This document shows, piece after piece, positions 25,901 through 38,364 of a DNA stretch of 64,000 bases. Position 1 is the first letter of the stretch. Each line of letters begins with the position of its first letter. The notes below the pieces were generated by a model. The model searched no databases. It saw only the letters and a program-made list of their open reading frames with translations, and had not been told where the DNA came from. This stretch comes from Bugula neritina (lineage: Eukaryota; Animalia; Bryozoa): contig OZ037765.1 in NCBI GenBank assembly GCA_964035545.1, positions 13,650,698-13,714,697 of the forward strand, given 5' to 3'. The position numbers and the translations under genes are program-made.

Positions 25901-27115
25901 CCTTTGAAACTATAAATTTTTTGTCTTAAGGTAGTCGGTGCGATTGATGAGAGTGATCACATAGATGCTGCTTTTCGGGTTTTTTGTAAGGAATTGACCT
26001 ATATAATTACCACCCAAACAAAAAATATTATATTATGTTATATTGTAAATAATTGTAAAACAGTTTCATGTAATATAATAATGAAAGTACAGGCAGAAAA
26101 ATGGCAGATGATATGAGTAGGAGCATTGACCCGGTAAGTACTGTCTTTAGCTTTGTTTAAATTGCTTTTGTGCAAAAAAGAAATTACTTGTTATATGATT
26201 GTGGATTATCTTGACCAATCCTGAAATTTTCAATGCAGACAGTGAATGCAGTAACAATGAGTTGGAGGATGTGTTGGCACTTAAATGTTCCTTGTGATGT
26301 TCTGTATTGCAAGAACCATTGACTTAGTTTGTTCATTTATTGTTTATTTTACGTTGGAAGAAAGTTTACATTTAATGGTTACAATAGGGCTCCTGGGAAA
26401 CCCTCCACTTGAAAAAAAGGTAACGCGCGTTAGTGCCTACCCTTAAGGTGGTGCAGAAATGGCACTTTTGCGAAAATGCCAGTTGTGCTTATACCAACAG
26501 CAAAAGATGACAAAATGCTCGCATGCTTTCAATCAATATGTATACAAGTTAAAGCATGAAAATTCAACACTTTAAATCAGAGTCTTATCAGAGGTCATTG
26601 AAATCTCATGAAGCTCTTTTTCATCTCACGACAACGACCTTGATTCATGCATATGAAAGACCCCCATAGTAAATAACCCTACATGTTAGGGTGAAGCAAA
26701 TCCAACCACCCTAACAGGATGTGATTATGTGCATTTCTATATCTAAATACAATAATATATGGCATAAAAAACTAAATATTTCAATTATTTACGTTACGTC
26801 ATGTATATGACTGACCCGCCCCCTTCAATCGAAGGTTAACTATATATTTGGATTCAGCCTAAAAAATAACCCTTATCAAGCTGAAAAATAAATTTCCGGA
26901 CAAAAGGTATAAAATATAAAGCATAAAAAAACAATATTGTGTCTTTTCATTAGGTTGCGTCATAGTCATGCTTGACCCCCCCCCCTCTGATCAAAAGTAA
27001 ACTTGCATATTCAGATTCAGCAGGTAAAAATACCCCATGTAGATTATTTTAAAAAATATAGACTCAAATATAATTTTCACTAATTTTTTTGCGTTTGTAC
27101 TAAATAACCTGGATT
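23000..27115 (+). mobile_element. Sola2-like DNA transposon copy A (decayed transposase ~23814-25650 plus small 3' exons)
   Basis: ISRNHFYY, LQCLCDI, ADFAENYVGQQFAEAQSAYY, DLKHDA, WSDGCTSQY, FFGSRHGKGEANSE; subterminal repeats at 26790-27060. Ends are approximate. Confidence 0.8.
23030..23185 (+). repeat. Imperfect tandem duplication (~85 bp period)
   Basis: The block aaatgct...tagaa.tgtcaaaacagttgcatcctcat.aagac/t.g.catcaagac occurs twice. Confidence 0.85.
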
Positions 27116-27127
27116 GACCCACATGCT

Positions 27128-27560
27128 ATAGAGATGTGGGATTTTTTCTAAAATCAAAATCAGTACAGCTTATGAATAAATATGTACCAAAAAGAGCAAA
27201 AAAGGCAAGAAAAAGACCACTTTGGGTGGACTATAAAACAAAGAAGTTATGTAACAAAAAATATAAAAATTGAAAGTAGTAAGTTAAATTTCCAACTATA
27301 AATAAATATGATCAATATAAAATTGCAAGAAACACTTACTTTAGAAGTCAAGCGAGCTAAGATGAATTTTAAAAATAAACTGGTAGACAACATTGAAGAA
27401 GACTTTTTATGCCATATTCGCTCTAAGTCGAAGACTAAGGACAGCATTTATGAGCTTGAAAGTTCTAAGGGTGCAACAATACAGACTAAGGAACTGACAA
27501 ACATATTAAATGAATTCTTTAGTGCTGTGTTTACAGATGAGGATTTGACTGACATATAGA
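27128..27560 (+). mobile_element. CR1-like LINE ORF2 linker fragment
   Basis: EMWDFF, KYVPKR...RPLWVD, HIRSKSKTKDSI, ILNEFFSAVFTDED. Confidence 0.75.
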
Positions 27561-27569
27561 TTATGCGTA

Positions 27570-28400
27570 CGTATTGTGGGCTGTAACTTGACTGATCACG
27601 CACAAAGGTCATGTCCACCAGTTTGACACTAAAACTTGATTGGCTAATTTCTGTGCATCGGTTTTTTGTATGCTGACAATATTATGCTAGTTGGTAGCGT
27701 TGACTGATACGCTAGTTTGATTCATTTGTTGTTTTATACTGGTAGCTGTGTTGAGTAAAATGTAGAAATCATTTACATTAGTAAAAAGACTAATTGATTA
27801 ACTACAAGTTATTTCGGCATAATTTTAAAGATTTAAAATGGCTAATGTAACGTTCTCTGGCATCGTATAAAATTATGTAGACTACAATACTAGTGGAGAA
27901 CTTGTTGTTTGGGTGGAGACACTATAACTAGTAGCCCAGCTGGAGGATATAATTGACAAAATTGAGTTTCTACCACATTTCGTGGCTGGTCCAGTTATTG
28001 CTGTCTACCAGCAACTCTGATGATGATGATAAAAAGGACTAAGAAAGGCTAAAATCTCAGCATACTATTGCATTCAGTACAAATTCATTTGCAGCATATA
28101 AGCAGTTCCTTGACAGAGTTTAACAGTTGAGTCAATTGATGTATATCTGGCTCAGTTAATAGGTCAAAAAGATGCTAATGCTTTCTTACGGTGGGCTTTT
28201 GTAGGCGGTTTACCATCTGCGATAGCAATGCAATTAAGATTTCCTGTCAATGTAAATAAAATAGTGCCCTCGTAAATTGTTGCAAAAGCAAGAGGCATGC
28301 TTGCCACTAAATCTTATGATGCCGTTAGTTGAAATGCTTGTGCAGGTGTTGATCACTATCAAACCAATAAGCGATTTAAGAAGTACTGTAAATGTCAAGG
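27570..28400 (+). mobile_element. Gypsy gag relic with probable LTR remnant
   Basis: From ATG 27838: WVETL*LVAQLE...FLPHFVAGPVIAVYQQL, then AFVGGLPSAIAMQLR. Confidence 0.6.
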
Positions 28401-28429
28401 ATATATGGCAACACTAAACCAGAGGATGC

Positions 28430-28851
28430 TAAATTTTAAAGACGTAATAAGTGCAATATTTACCAGTTTCAATGCCAATAAGACTCCTGTTGAAGAAAGG
28501 TTTGAAAAGCTTGAAAAAACCTACGCTGAGGCGGTAAAGGGAAATGCTGTGAATGTGAAGAAAAGCTCTTAGTGAGTTCTTGAAGAGAGCAAATGCTTCC
28601 CTTAAAAATCAAAATATCTTCTGTAACCTTTATAAGAGCAAGGAATTGATGGATGAGCAGTATAAGCTTCGTAGACTATAAAAGAGATGAAAGACGAGAA
28701 ACCAAATCTTAATTTTAGAATAAGGAATAACAGAATATAAAGTAAAGAAATACAGGGGGAATGGAGCTATGTGAACCTATTATCACAGACCACACAGACT
28801 ACAGTCTAAAACTATTTGTAGCTAACATAAGACCTCATAGAGGTAAAAAAT
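28430..28851 (+). mobile_element. LINE ORF1 end and start of endonuclease (5' part of the LINE at 32895-35500)
   Basis: KTYAEAVK, a basic ORF1 tail, then LKLFVANIRPHRGK (APE start) cut by Sola2 copy B. Confidence 0.5.
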
Positions 28852-31800
28852 AGTGCGGAAACTAACATCTAAACAAAGGAAAATATACATGTTCAAGGAG
28901 ACAGGAAATGACTTTAATTGAAAAGCAGCTGCTTCTCACCGCAGAGTCTCTAAAAAGGCTTTCAAAAAAGTAAAAAACAAACATTGCAAGTAAACCACTT
29001 TTTGAAGCATTAACTTGTACTTGCATGCCTCAACTTCAGCTTTGAATTTGAATAATTTATATTCAACAACAGTTCAATATCGTAATCAGCAACGTAAAAT
29101 TCTAATTACAGTAGTTCGAGACTTTAATGGTAGTACTTATCCTAATAATAAGAGTATAAGCATTCCTAATACTGATTGATGTTTGCTGTTTTCTGTAAGC
29201 TTCTTTCTCAAATTTAATTTAATTAGAAACTAACGTAGCAATAATAACATGTTAATACTTCGTACTTGGTAGTAATTTTGATTAGCTTCTTGTTAAACTA
29301 GTAAGTTTTAAACTCAGATTAAAAATAATATACTTTCAGGCTACAGTAAATTAATAGTTGTCAATAGCAATCATTTGTAGAAGGTAACGAATTGAGGTAA
29401 TAGCCTTTTAACAAAATAATTCTTCTTAGCATTTGTCTTAATAGCTTACCAAGCTTTACAAAATCATAATTTTTGATTTGCATATTTTTTATCAACTTGA
29501 CAATGCCTCCCAAGACCAGGCAACAGTCCACTGCTAGAGCGGCGTATTTCAGAGAGTACAGGAGCCGTGCATCCTCAGAAAAAAAGAAGCAGTGGTCTGA
29601 AGAGCGGCAAGAGAGGCGGAGAAAGCAACAACTGAAAGGTATGGCAACATCTAAGCATGATCTAGATAAATTGAAAGTTCAGAAAAAAGATCATAATAAA
29701 ACAGCATACTTGAAACGTAAAGCTAAAGTGAGTTTAAATAAATCTTTTGATAATGCCAGTACAATAGCGGAATCAATTGAGCAATCTACTCGTACAACTA
29801 GTGAAATTTTATCTTTGAGTAATATTGAGAAAGCTACAATAAGATCAGCTCAAGCTCACATAGTTTCTGCCACTGCTACTTGCGTAAAAGAAAGCTGCAA
29901 GTTGAGAGCTGATTTGCTAAGTAAGTTTGAAGAATCAAACAAAACAGCTGTGAGTAGTTTGCTAGGCATTTCACGCAATCACTTTTACTATAAAAGTAAG
30001 AAAGGTTTCAACCCCAAATTTTCACAATCTAATGTAAATACTATCATGGCATTCTACAATCAACCATCAGTTGTTACCATCTATCCCAACAAAGGAATAT
30101 CTAAAGGACAACCCAAAAAGTTTTAAAATTCACCATGGCACAAACATATAAGCTGTTCACTGAATCAAAATAGGCATAACTACAATTTCTAAATTACGGC
30201 CAAAACATGTTAAATTAATGAGAGCTGCAAAATGGTTTCAGTGTGTCTGTGACATTTGTAATAATGTTAAAATGATTTGTAAGGCGATTCATTCTTCAAT
30301 GTTGCGCTGTAGTATGACACCTCCTGAAATAGTGCAAAATGGCGAGGAGTTTAATTTAGCATTAATAGCAGTTTGCGACATTCATAGTAGGTCATGCTTA
30401 AATAGAAACACTTGCTCATCTACACCATCAATACTTACGCCATATTTTTGTCAATGGTTGCAAGATGATACTCACATTCCAATAACTTATGATAAATGGC
30501 AGCAAGTAAAAGAGAACATAAATGCTAAAGTAGTCACAAAATTAAAAAAGTGTGCTGCCTCAGGTTTTAGATGGGAACTTTTTAATGAGCTTTGTGGCCA
30601 GCTCAAAAGTTTCCTTATTCACATTCTTAATGCCATTAGTCAACTTTCTGCCTATTCTAAATGTAAAAAACAGCTTAAGCCTAACGAAATGATCTGTGTA
30701 GTAGACTTTGCAGAAAATTATGTATGTAAGCAATTTTCTGAAGCACAATCTGCTTATTATTTAAGAAATTCCGTAACAATTCACCTCATGGTAGGAATTT
30801 TTGCTAACAAACAAACTGATGTAGCTAGGGATTCTGTAGTCATGATTAGTCTAGATTTAAAGCATGATGCCAGCAGTGTAAAAGCATTTGTGAAGGTATT
30901 TAGAGCTCATGTTGCCATCCATTACCCTAGCATTGAACATATCATATTTTGGTCAGATGGATGTGCAGCCCAGTACAAAAGTAAAGTGCCTTTTTTCAAT
31001 ATTAGTCAAAACTATAACAGCTCTCAAAGAATTACTTGGAATTTTTATGGAAGTAGGCTCGGTAAAAGTGAGTCTGATGGGGAATCAGCTGTAGTTAAGA
31101 ATTTCTTAGATAGGACTATAAACTCTAGACAACTAACAATTAACAATGCCAAAGAAGTTTTTGAGCTTTTGAGTAAATCTGAAAAGCATATTGTTGACTC
31201 TACTAATCGTAGGCATTTTTATTTTGTTGGGCAACCTATGATTGATGAGACACGAAAGGAGCTTAGTGATGCTCGGATTTGTTCAATACCTTATGTGAGA
31301 TCAATCCACCAAGCAGCTGCTAGCCAAAAGTCTCTTTTGTATTCTCTATCATCATGTTATTGCCTTACTGAAAACTGCTGGCACACTGCTGAGATGCAAA
31401 AAGAATTTAAATATCCTGGTTTGTCTGGATTAATTTACTTGTTACTGACGTTGTTTCCTTTACGTTTACTTACTTTACTTATTATGAATGTTTTAGATTA
31501 TATTCTCAAGACATGTATTCTGTGTAAAACCTTTCCTAGCATTTGCTAACATACTAGAAATACACTGTTGATTTTCTAACATTTCCTTCTTTCTATCTTT
31601 GCTGCTTCTACCTGTAGTACAACCATAACCTCTAATAGATGGTGATGGCTATTTAATAAAGCTATAATTTGCTGCTCCTAAAACACAATGATTTTATATT
31701 TAGCAGTAAATTTGTTAGTGTATCAACTATACTATTTCTTTTGTAAAAATTCCATCAGTCTTGTTTACATAAATGAAAAGTACAGTTTTCATGTTACTTA

Positions 31801-32894
31801 TTGCAAAAATGCTGTTTACTTGGTTTAGAGACTTATTTAGAAGTAAAATTCATAAATGGCATTGTTGAAGATGAAAATGTTCAGTTATTGCAAATGGAGC
31901 AAAACATAGATGGGTGATTGAGGACAGTACTGGCGGTGACAGTGCCCTTGCAGATGACGAGTGTGAAGTGATGCAGGTGAGTTTATCTATAAGTTTATTT
32001 TTAGCATGGAGTTGTATTATTCAAAGAGAAAATACCTTCAACTACTAATTTAACTTTTCATTGCATATTTGCAGTTTGTTAACAATAACCCCGATCTATT
32101 TGCAACTGAAAGTGATAGTGAAGATGATTTAGAAGAGTTTAATGATTGGGATGTTTTTGATGTGCCTTGGGTGAATATTTTGTAGTGGTTATAATAGGAC
32201 TACTGGTAAACCTTCCACTTTAACAAAAAGGTAACGAGCCACTTGCCTACCTCACAGGTGGTTTGGAAAAGGCATCTGCTGTATACATATGCTGTCAATT
32301 TTGAGATTTAACCTGTAGAAAGTTATTTCACAAAATAAAGTCAATCTGGTTAAAGTCATAAAACTGTTGTCTATGAATTTATAAATCACTGCATATTTGT
32401 TAACTCCGACTTTACAGAGCCAAATGTCCAAATGGAACTGTTACAGAAAAAAACTAGTATTATTTTTGAAATCAGAGCCATTTAATTAATATAAAACCAT
32501 ATTTCGCTTGTTCAAATACAAACATTTATATTTCGCCAGTTTTTGGACTGCAGAACTTAGCAGTGTCAAAGGTCAAACTCAAGTACATTTAACATAAAAA
32601 ATAATGTCATTTCTGAACTCAGGAGCATTAAATTAACCTAAAGCAATGCTTTTGTTGTTGAAATAAAAATATTTTTATTTTGCCTTTTTTTGCTGACCGA
32701 TAACTTTAAAGGGGTCAAAGATCAATATGAAGCACCCGCAGAAAAAAATAATGTCATTTCTGAATTCAGCACCTATGAGTTACCCATATGACAAATTTTG
32801 AGCTTTTTATCACAACTTTTATTTTTTGATAATTTTTTTCTGTGTACCAATTATTTTGAGTTGGCCCTTTTACAAACATTTGAAGGGCTCCACT
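28852..32894 (+). mobile_element. Sola2-like DNA transposon copy B (transposase ~29503-31418 with frameshift and stop, plus 3' acidic exons)
   Basis: MPPKTR..., ISRNHFYY, FQCVCDICNN, VDFAENY, DLKHDA, WSDGCAAQYKSK, FYGSRLGKSESDGESAVVK. Termini AGTG...CACT are flanked by AAAT on both sides; ~160-bp subterminal repeats at 32440-32790. Confidence 0.85.
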
Positions 32895-35500
32895 AAATCC
32901 TGTAATCAAATTAGGGTTGCTATGCCAAATGGTGATCTCACATAAGACACCAAAAAGTGTGCTGATATACTTAACAGCTTTTTCCACCAGCAAGTTACCA
33001 CATTTCATCAACTACCCACGCTTGGCTATGAGGCGGCCATCGAAGTGTCTGATGTATCTCCCTCTGGGGTAGTTCGACAAATAAACTTGAGGTCTGGCAA
33101 GGCTCCAGGTCCTGATGGTTTTCAAAAAGCTGATTTGAGCATAGATTATCAGCTGACCACTGCACGCTAGAGTAGGATCTTTCAAGTCTCCCTTTAAACT
33201 GGCCAACTTCAGTTGGATTGGAAAACAGCTCATGTGTCACCACACCACAAATCATGGACTATGGACAGTGAAATCTGAGAAATCTGCTCGAAAAAACTGA
33301 CAAAGCTTAGCAACAGACAGCACGGTTTTAGAAGAAACCTCTCCTGTGAGAAGGAGATCTGTGAAACTATGTATGACATTCTGTATGCTATCAACAACCA
33401 AAAGACTGTCCATGCTGCTGTGCTATACTTTACCAAGGCATTTGACCGGGTCCTACATGCCCCCCGTTTTAAAAGTTTTTGGAAATTGCAGATGTTGACA
33501 ATTATCTCCTAAGTTCAGATCACAACTTTCTTACAGACAGACTACAGTGTGTTTTGTTACAACGCTGCAGCTAGGATCCAAAACTGGTTTGCTCAGGTGA
33601 ACCACAGGGATCAGTGTTAGGGCCGGTACTTTTCCTAATCTTTATAATGATCTTTTTGAGTGTCTCAACCGCTCTTGTGCTCTTTTTGCCGCTTACCAAA
33701 AAAATTCCTCATTGGAAGACTGTAAGAGACTTCAGCGAATTGTGGACTCTCTTAGTACTTGGTCAGAAAAGGGAGGGGGAATGTCATTCAACATCTCCAT
33801 GAGCAATTCATGTCACTGAGTGGATTTACGGCATTCTTACAGAGTACAGCGCACATAGTGGATAGCATAACATCAAATTCAATCACAACTAACACAGGAA
33901 CTCCACATGAGTGCTGTTTATCTCCACTACTATTTTCTATTTGCACCAATAGGATTAGCTCAAGCCAGAGCAATGTAACCGTAATTAAATATGTAGATGA
34001 CACTTGTATTATTGGCTGCATTGGCAAAGAGGCTGGTTTAAATATTTACTTTGATGATATTAAAAGAATTTCTAGACAATGTGATCATTCAAATCTATTA
34101 TTAAACCCGACGAAGACCCCAGGAATGATATATTCAACCTATTGCGCTAAACCTCCTACCTCTACTCTCGTATTGAATGGAACTAATATTGCATTGTCTG
34201 ACAAAGTGAGATACTTTGGTGCGTTATTGAATCAGAATTTGAGATTTCAAGAGCATGTACAATCAGTGGTTACAACAGTATCAAGAGGAATGTATATTTT
34301 GAAAAAAATTGGGTATTTTAGTTCTAAACCTCTAGCAAATACATTATTCAAAGTTTCATCTTTTTTTCTCACCTCCTATTCTCTACCTATTATTTCCACT
34401 TATATCTATGAGAGAAGGGCATCGATGTCAACAATTGGTACAACTTGGCGGCAAACAGAACTCTGTGGAGAAGGTTGATCCATCGTCAGTCATTGTCATT
34501 TTTGACTGACTGCTTAGTGAGTGAGTGATATCTATACCAATGATAAGGAGGCTATCAGAAAGATTTTTAAAAAATGCTTCCAACTTGGCATCGAGTATCA
34601 TGACATCGATTTGCCATCAAAGTTATAGCTGACGACCATCTTATTAATGATTTTCTGAGTCAATGCCTTTTTGGAAGATATAGAACCATCAAATAAAGAG
34701 GAACATGGGCCAGAGATAGCTTTTTACGATACTTTGCAAATACTTTAAATGAGCTTTTATTTTAAATAGCTAAACATAGTTCTGACTTGTTTTTTTATCC
34801 AATTTTGTCCATGCTTAATTATTCTAGCTAGTATTTTACACTGAATATGCAATAAATCGATCAATAAACTAATCAAAATAATCAGCTTCAACCCTAAGAC
34901 CAATACTCCCAAATACAAGCTTATTGGATTAGTGTTGGATCATGTTGACTCAACAAAATACCTTGGTGTAATACTGCAATCAGACTGTAAATTTGAATAG
35001 CGCATCCCAAAGAAGGTTCTTGTTGCGAAACAGCAATTCGGCATGATAAAACGTGCACTCTACTAGGCCCCCAAGAGAGCAAAGCTTATAGCCTACAAAG
35101 CCCCTGTTTCCAACACTTGAAATATGCCAGTGCAGACTGGGACCAATCCAGCAAAAACCATATTAGTATAATGAAAAATGTACCAACAGATGCTGTGCAT
35201 TTGATCTCTAACAACAAAGGAAATACTGATATTGGTAAGTAAATGAAAAAGCTGTGTTTGGAGCACTTGATCTAAAGAGAAAAACCGATGCACCAGCCTT
35301 CTTTTGAAAATTTTGTCTAAGGAATAACAACATCTAACTCTGAGTGCTGCCTATGATTTTCTGGATTAGCGGCCACAAGCACTGTACAGGCTCGATCTCA
35401 GGTTTCAGGATTTATCAGATGAGAGCGAACAAGAATGAATACCTTTATAGTTGTCTCCCAAGAACGATAAGAGATATGAGATTCAGCACTGATTGAATGA
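32895..35500 (+). mobile_element. CR1/L2-group LINE RT relic, interrupted at ~33800-34872
   Basis: ILNSFF, KAPGPDGF, FTKAFDRVLH, GEPQGSVLGPVLFLIFI, MSFNIS, then after the insert IISFN...STKYLGVILQSD and LPRTIRD. Confidence 0.8.
33800..34872 (+). mobile_element. 5'-truncated Rex1/Babar-type LINE nested in the preceding LINE
   Basis: TNTGTPHECCLSPLLFSI, KYVDDTCIIG, LLLNPTKT; 3' tail aataaatcgatcaataaa; same family as 45612-47204. Confidence 0.8.
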
Positions 35501-35689
35501 CTTCTCCAGAGCGGCCCATAATCGTAAATCACACACAGAAAAGCTAGTTAGCCTGTCGAGCTAATCTGTACAAGACCGTTAACATTGTTTAAACTACCGC
35601 CCAAGTACTGACAACTTATTTTCTATATGTGGCACACCCATTTTTCTCTTTAGGGAGGTCTAGTGTGGAGAAAACAGGTATCAACAGGT

Positions 35690-36720
35690 ATTACTATTAG
35701 TATTAGTATTATTAATATCACTATTAATATTATTAATAATTATAATGATACAGTTACTAAGTCTAATAGTAATACTAATGGCGATTTATAACTTACAAGG
35801 ATGAAGGAATGAATTAATATAAATAATTGTATCTCATAATAATAATATTAATTCCGTCAAATTTAAAATCAAATTCAATGTGATAGTAATACTAATAGTA
35901 ATAATCATGATAATAATGAATATTAATAATTATAATAGTAATCACAATGCGTTGCTTTATCATTATGATTATGATTATGAACTCATTATCATTATCGATT
36001 ATGAAGTGTTGAAATTGAGAGATTTACTTTTAGTATTTGTTATTACTATAATAGTATAATACTATACTATTAGATACTATTGCTTATAGTTATACTAACG
36101 AATGTGATCTATTACCCTTTTGATCCAAATTGATCAACTAGACATAGAACTTAATTTAATGAGGTTGCTAGAAAACAGTGCTAACTTTCCCGAAACTTTT
36201 CTTCACAATTCCCAACGTGCTACGGAAGACCCGCGCGTTCTTCTATTTCGCGACTAATGTCAATGAAAAAGTCATGGTGTAGTAGAGTAGCTTTAGAAGC
36301 AACCCCAGGTTGGGGGTATCTCATATCTGAGTGCAGCGATATAAAGTTTTCAAGTTTGGATTTCGGGCTTCTACAGGACATGATAATAAAAATCATTATG
36401 ATGAATTCGTAATGACAATGATAATCTGAATCATAATGATAATACTAAAGTGATAGACTGAAACTGAAAAGTAAAAATGAAAGTATATTAATATCAAATT
36501 AAAATTAAATACAAGTGAATATTATTACTATATTTACTTACAGACATTTTATTTTTACTTTTAGTATTTAATGTTTACATTTCACTTTCAGTTACTTGGT
36601 AATGTTTACTAGTAGTAGTACTAGTACTAGTAGTAGTAGTACTGGTACTAGTATTACTATTACATTTACTTATTTACTGTATTAGTATTAGTACTAGTAG
36701 GGTACTGGTGTTATATATTG
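35690..36720. repeat. Low-complexity TAA/TAG/TAC/TGA-rich tracts flanking a GC-richer core (36180-36370)
   Basis: Runs such as attattaataattataat and tagtagtagtactagtactagtagtag. Confidence 0.75.
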
Positions 36721-37326
36721 AAATGACACATCGTACTTAGCTATTATATTAAGTGCATCAGTACATATGTAATGCAGTTTTGCTTCTCTTATAGTTATAC
36801 TTATGGCTAATACTAATAGTAATATGTATTAGTAGCATTTTTGTTTAATGTTCTAGTAGTTAGAGTAGAAATTTGGACAAGCTGACATACCAGCTTGTAA
36901 TTAGGTCAAACATCAATTAGTTAGCTTCTAGATAATACACAGTTAGGCCTACTCTAATTGCAATGATGACAGAAACAAGTAACACAACAAACAATGAGAG
37001 ACCATCTGCTACGCTATTAGTATTATTATGTCTTTACATCTATGCAGGAATAACTAAACAATAAGACACTCATTAGCATAGCTAGACATTGCTGCTCCAA
37101 ATATTATTATTGGGTGAGAACTTAATTAGATAGACTAAATTAACAGTAAAATAAGAAATAATTGGTAGCAATTTAAATAATAAAACCAGAATAAACATTG
37201 TTACTATAAAGCAAGGGCATTAGTCGTACAGTAATTGTATAATAATAAAATTAATTGAAAAGTGAAGATTAACAGCAAAATAAAATTTAGGTGCCAAATT
37301 AGTTTTCATAAACAACCCAAGTTAGA

Positions 37327-38340
37327 ATGGCCAGCACAGCAACAACTAACATATCAACAATTGATGCGCTTGCCATGCCTACTTGGCCAAAAAAATATGA
37401 GGATGCTGATGGTAATAAAGTGAAGGAAGTTATAGATTTCTGGGACTCGTTTCCTGAACGGTACAAGCTAATGGTTCTAGAAAAGGGAACCAGGGTAAGT
37501 GGAACTAGACAGAAAGTGGTTAGCGACACTACTACCACTACCAATACCATACCAATCACTACAACACCACAAGTTAATCATACCATACAGCCAACCACAT
37601 TATTTCCACCACCTCCAGTTACTTCTAGAAAAACTGCCGAGTCTTACCATGTCAATTGAGCCTCAGCTTGACATACGCCACCATTATCGTTTATATACAA
37701 CCCCCTCTCATTACGCACCAGCCCCAGCCTTCATCATGCCGGAATTTTCAAACTTTGAAACCTTTTCAGGCATACCTAATAAAAGTTGGGAAAACTTCAT
37801 TAACCGATTGGAAATACATATCTTAACCTACCAATTCGACGACCAACAAAAAGCACTGAACTTACCATGGAGATTTCATGAAACAGCTTTCACAAAATAT
37901 AAAGACCTTATCCACGAAAAAACTTAACTGCTTGACAAATTACATTATGCTGAAAGAAGAACTGAGAAAATATTCACAGCTCATATCAGACTACAACCTC
38001 ACAATTTAAATAATATTGTGCGGGGTAAATGAACTGTAGGCGAATATTATGTAGAGTTAGCAGCAGCATGCCAATCAGCATATGCTAATGTCCCCGAGAT
38101 TCACCGGAACAAATTTCTTGACAAATTTACCCGAAAACTAAGAGATCCTATATGTTGATGGGTAGACTCAAAAAGTAGTTTATCCCTGAAACAAGCAATA
38201 ATTGAAGCAGAGAAAGCAGAGCTTTCTGAAATTCCGACCAACCCTTCTAAACTAGTCGCTCAAGTGCAGAAGAGAGATGAGATAAAACCTCTCGGAAGAC
38301 AAATTGAAGATCTAAGGGCGTTGGTACAAAGAGAAACGCG
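37327..38340 (+). mobile_element. Gypsy-type gag relic
   Basis: FETFSGIPNKSWENFINRLE...QQKALNLP, LKQAIIEAEKAE; frameshifted; PBS-like aggtgcc at 37289. Confidence 0.6.
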
Positions 38341-38364
38341 TCTCTTAGTTGACATCACTTAAGA

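Noticed and set aside
26376-26466. Twister or hammerhead identity for the conserved Sola2 motif (the reverse strand contains AAGTGGAGGG)
   Set aside because: It lacks the twister UAA junction and complementary loop pseudoknot, and lacks CUGANGA; left unclassified.
25650-27115. Fanzor/TnpB cargo with a guide RNA in the Sola2 elements
   Set aside because: No RuvC or zinc-finger Fanzor motifs were found in either element.
32891-32895. CACTA sequence suggesting an EnSpm/CACTA element
   Set aside because: Wrong polarity (TAGTG on the left, CACTA on the right), and the transposase motifs are Sola2-type.
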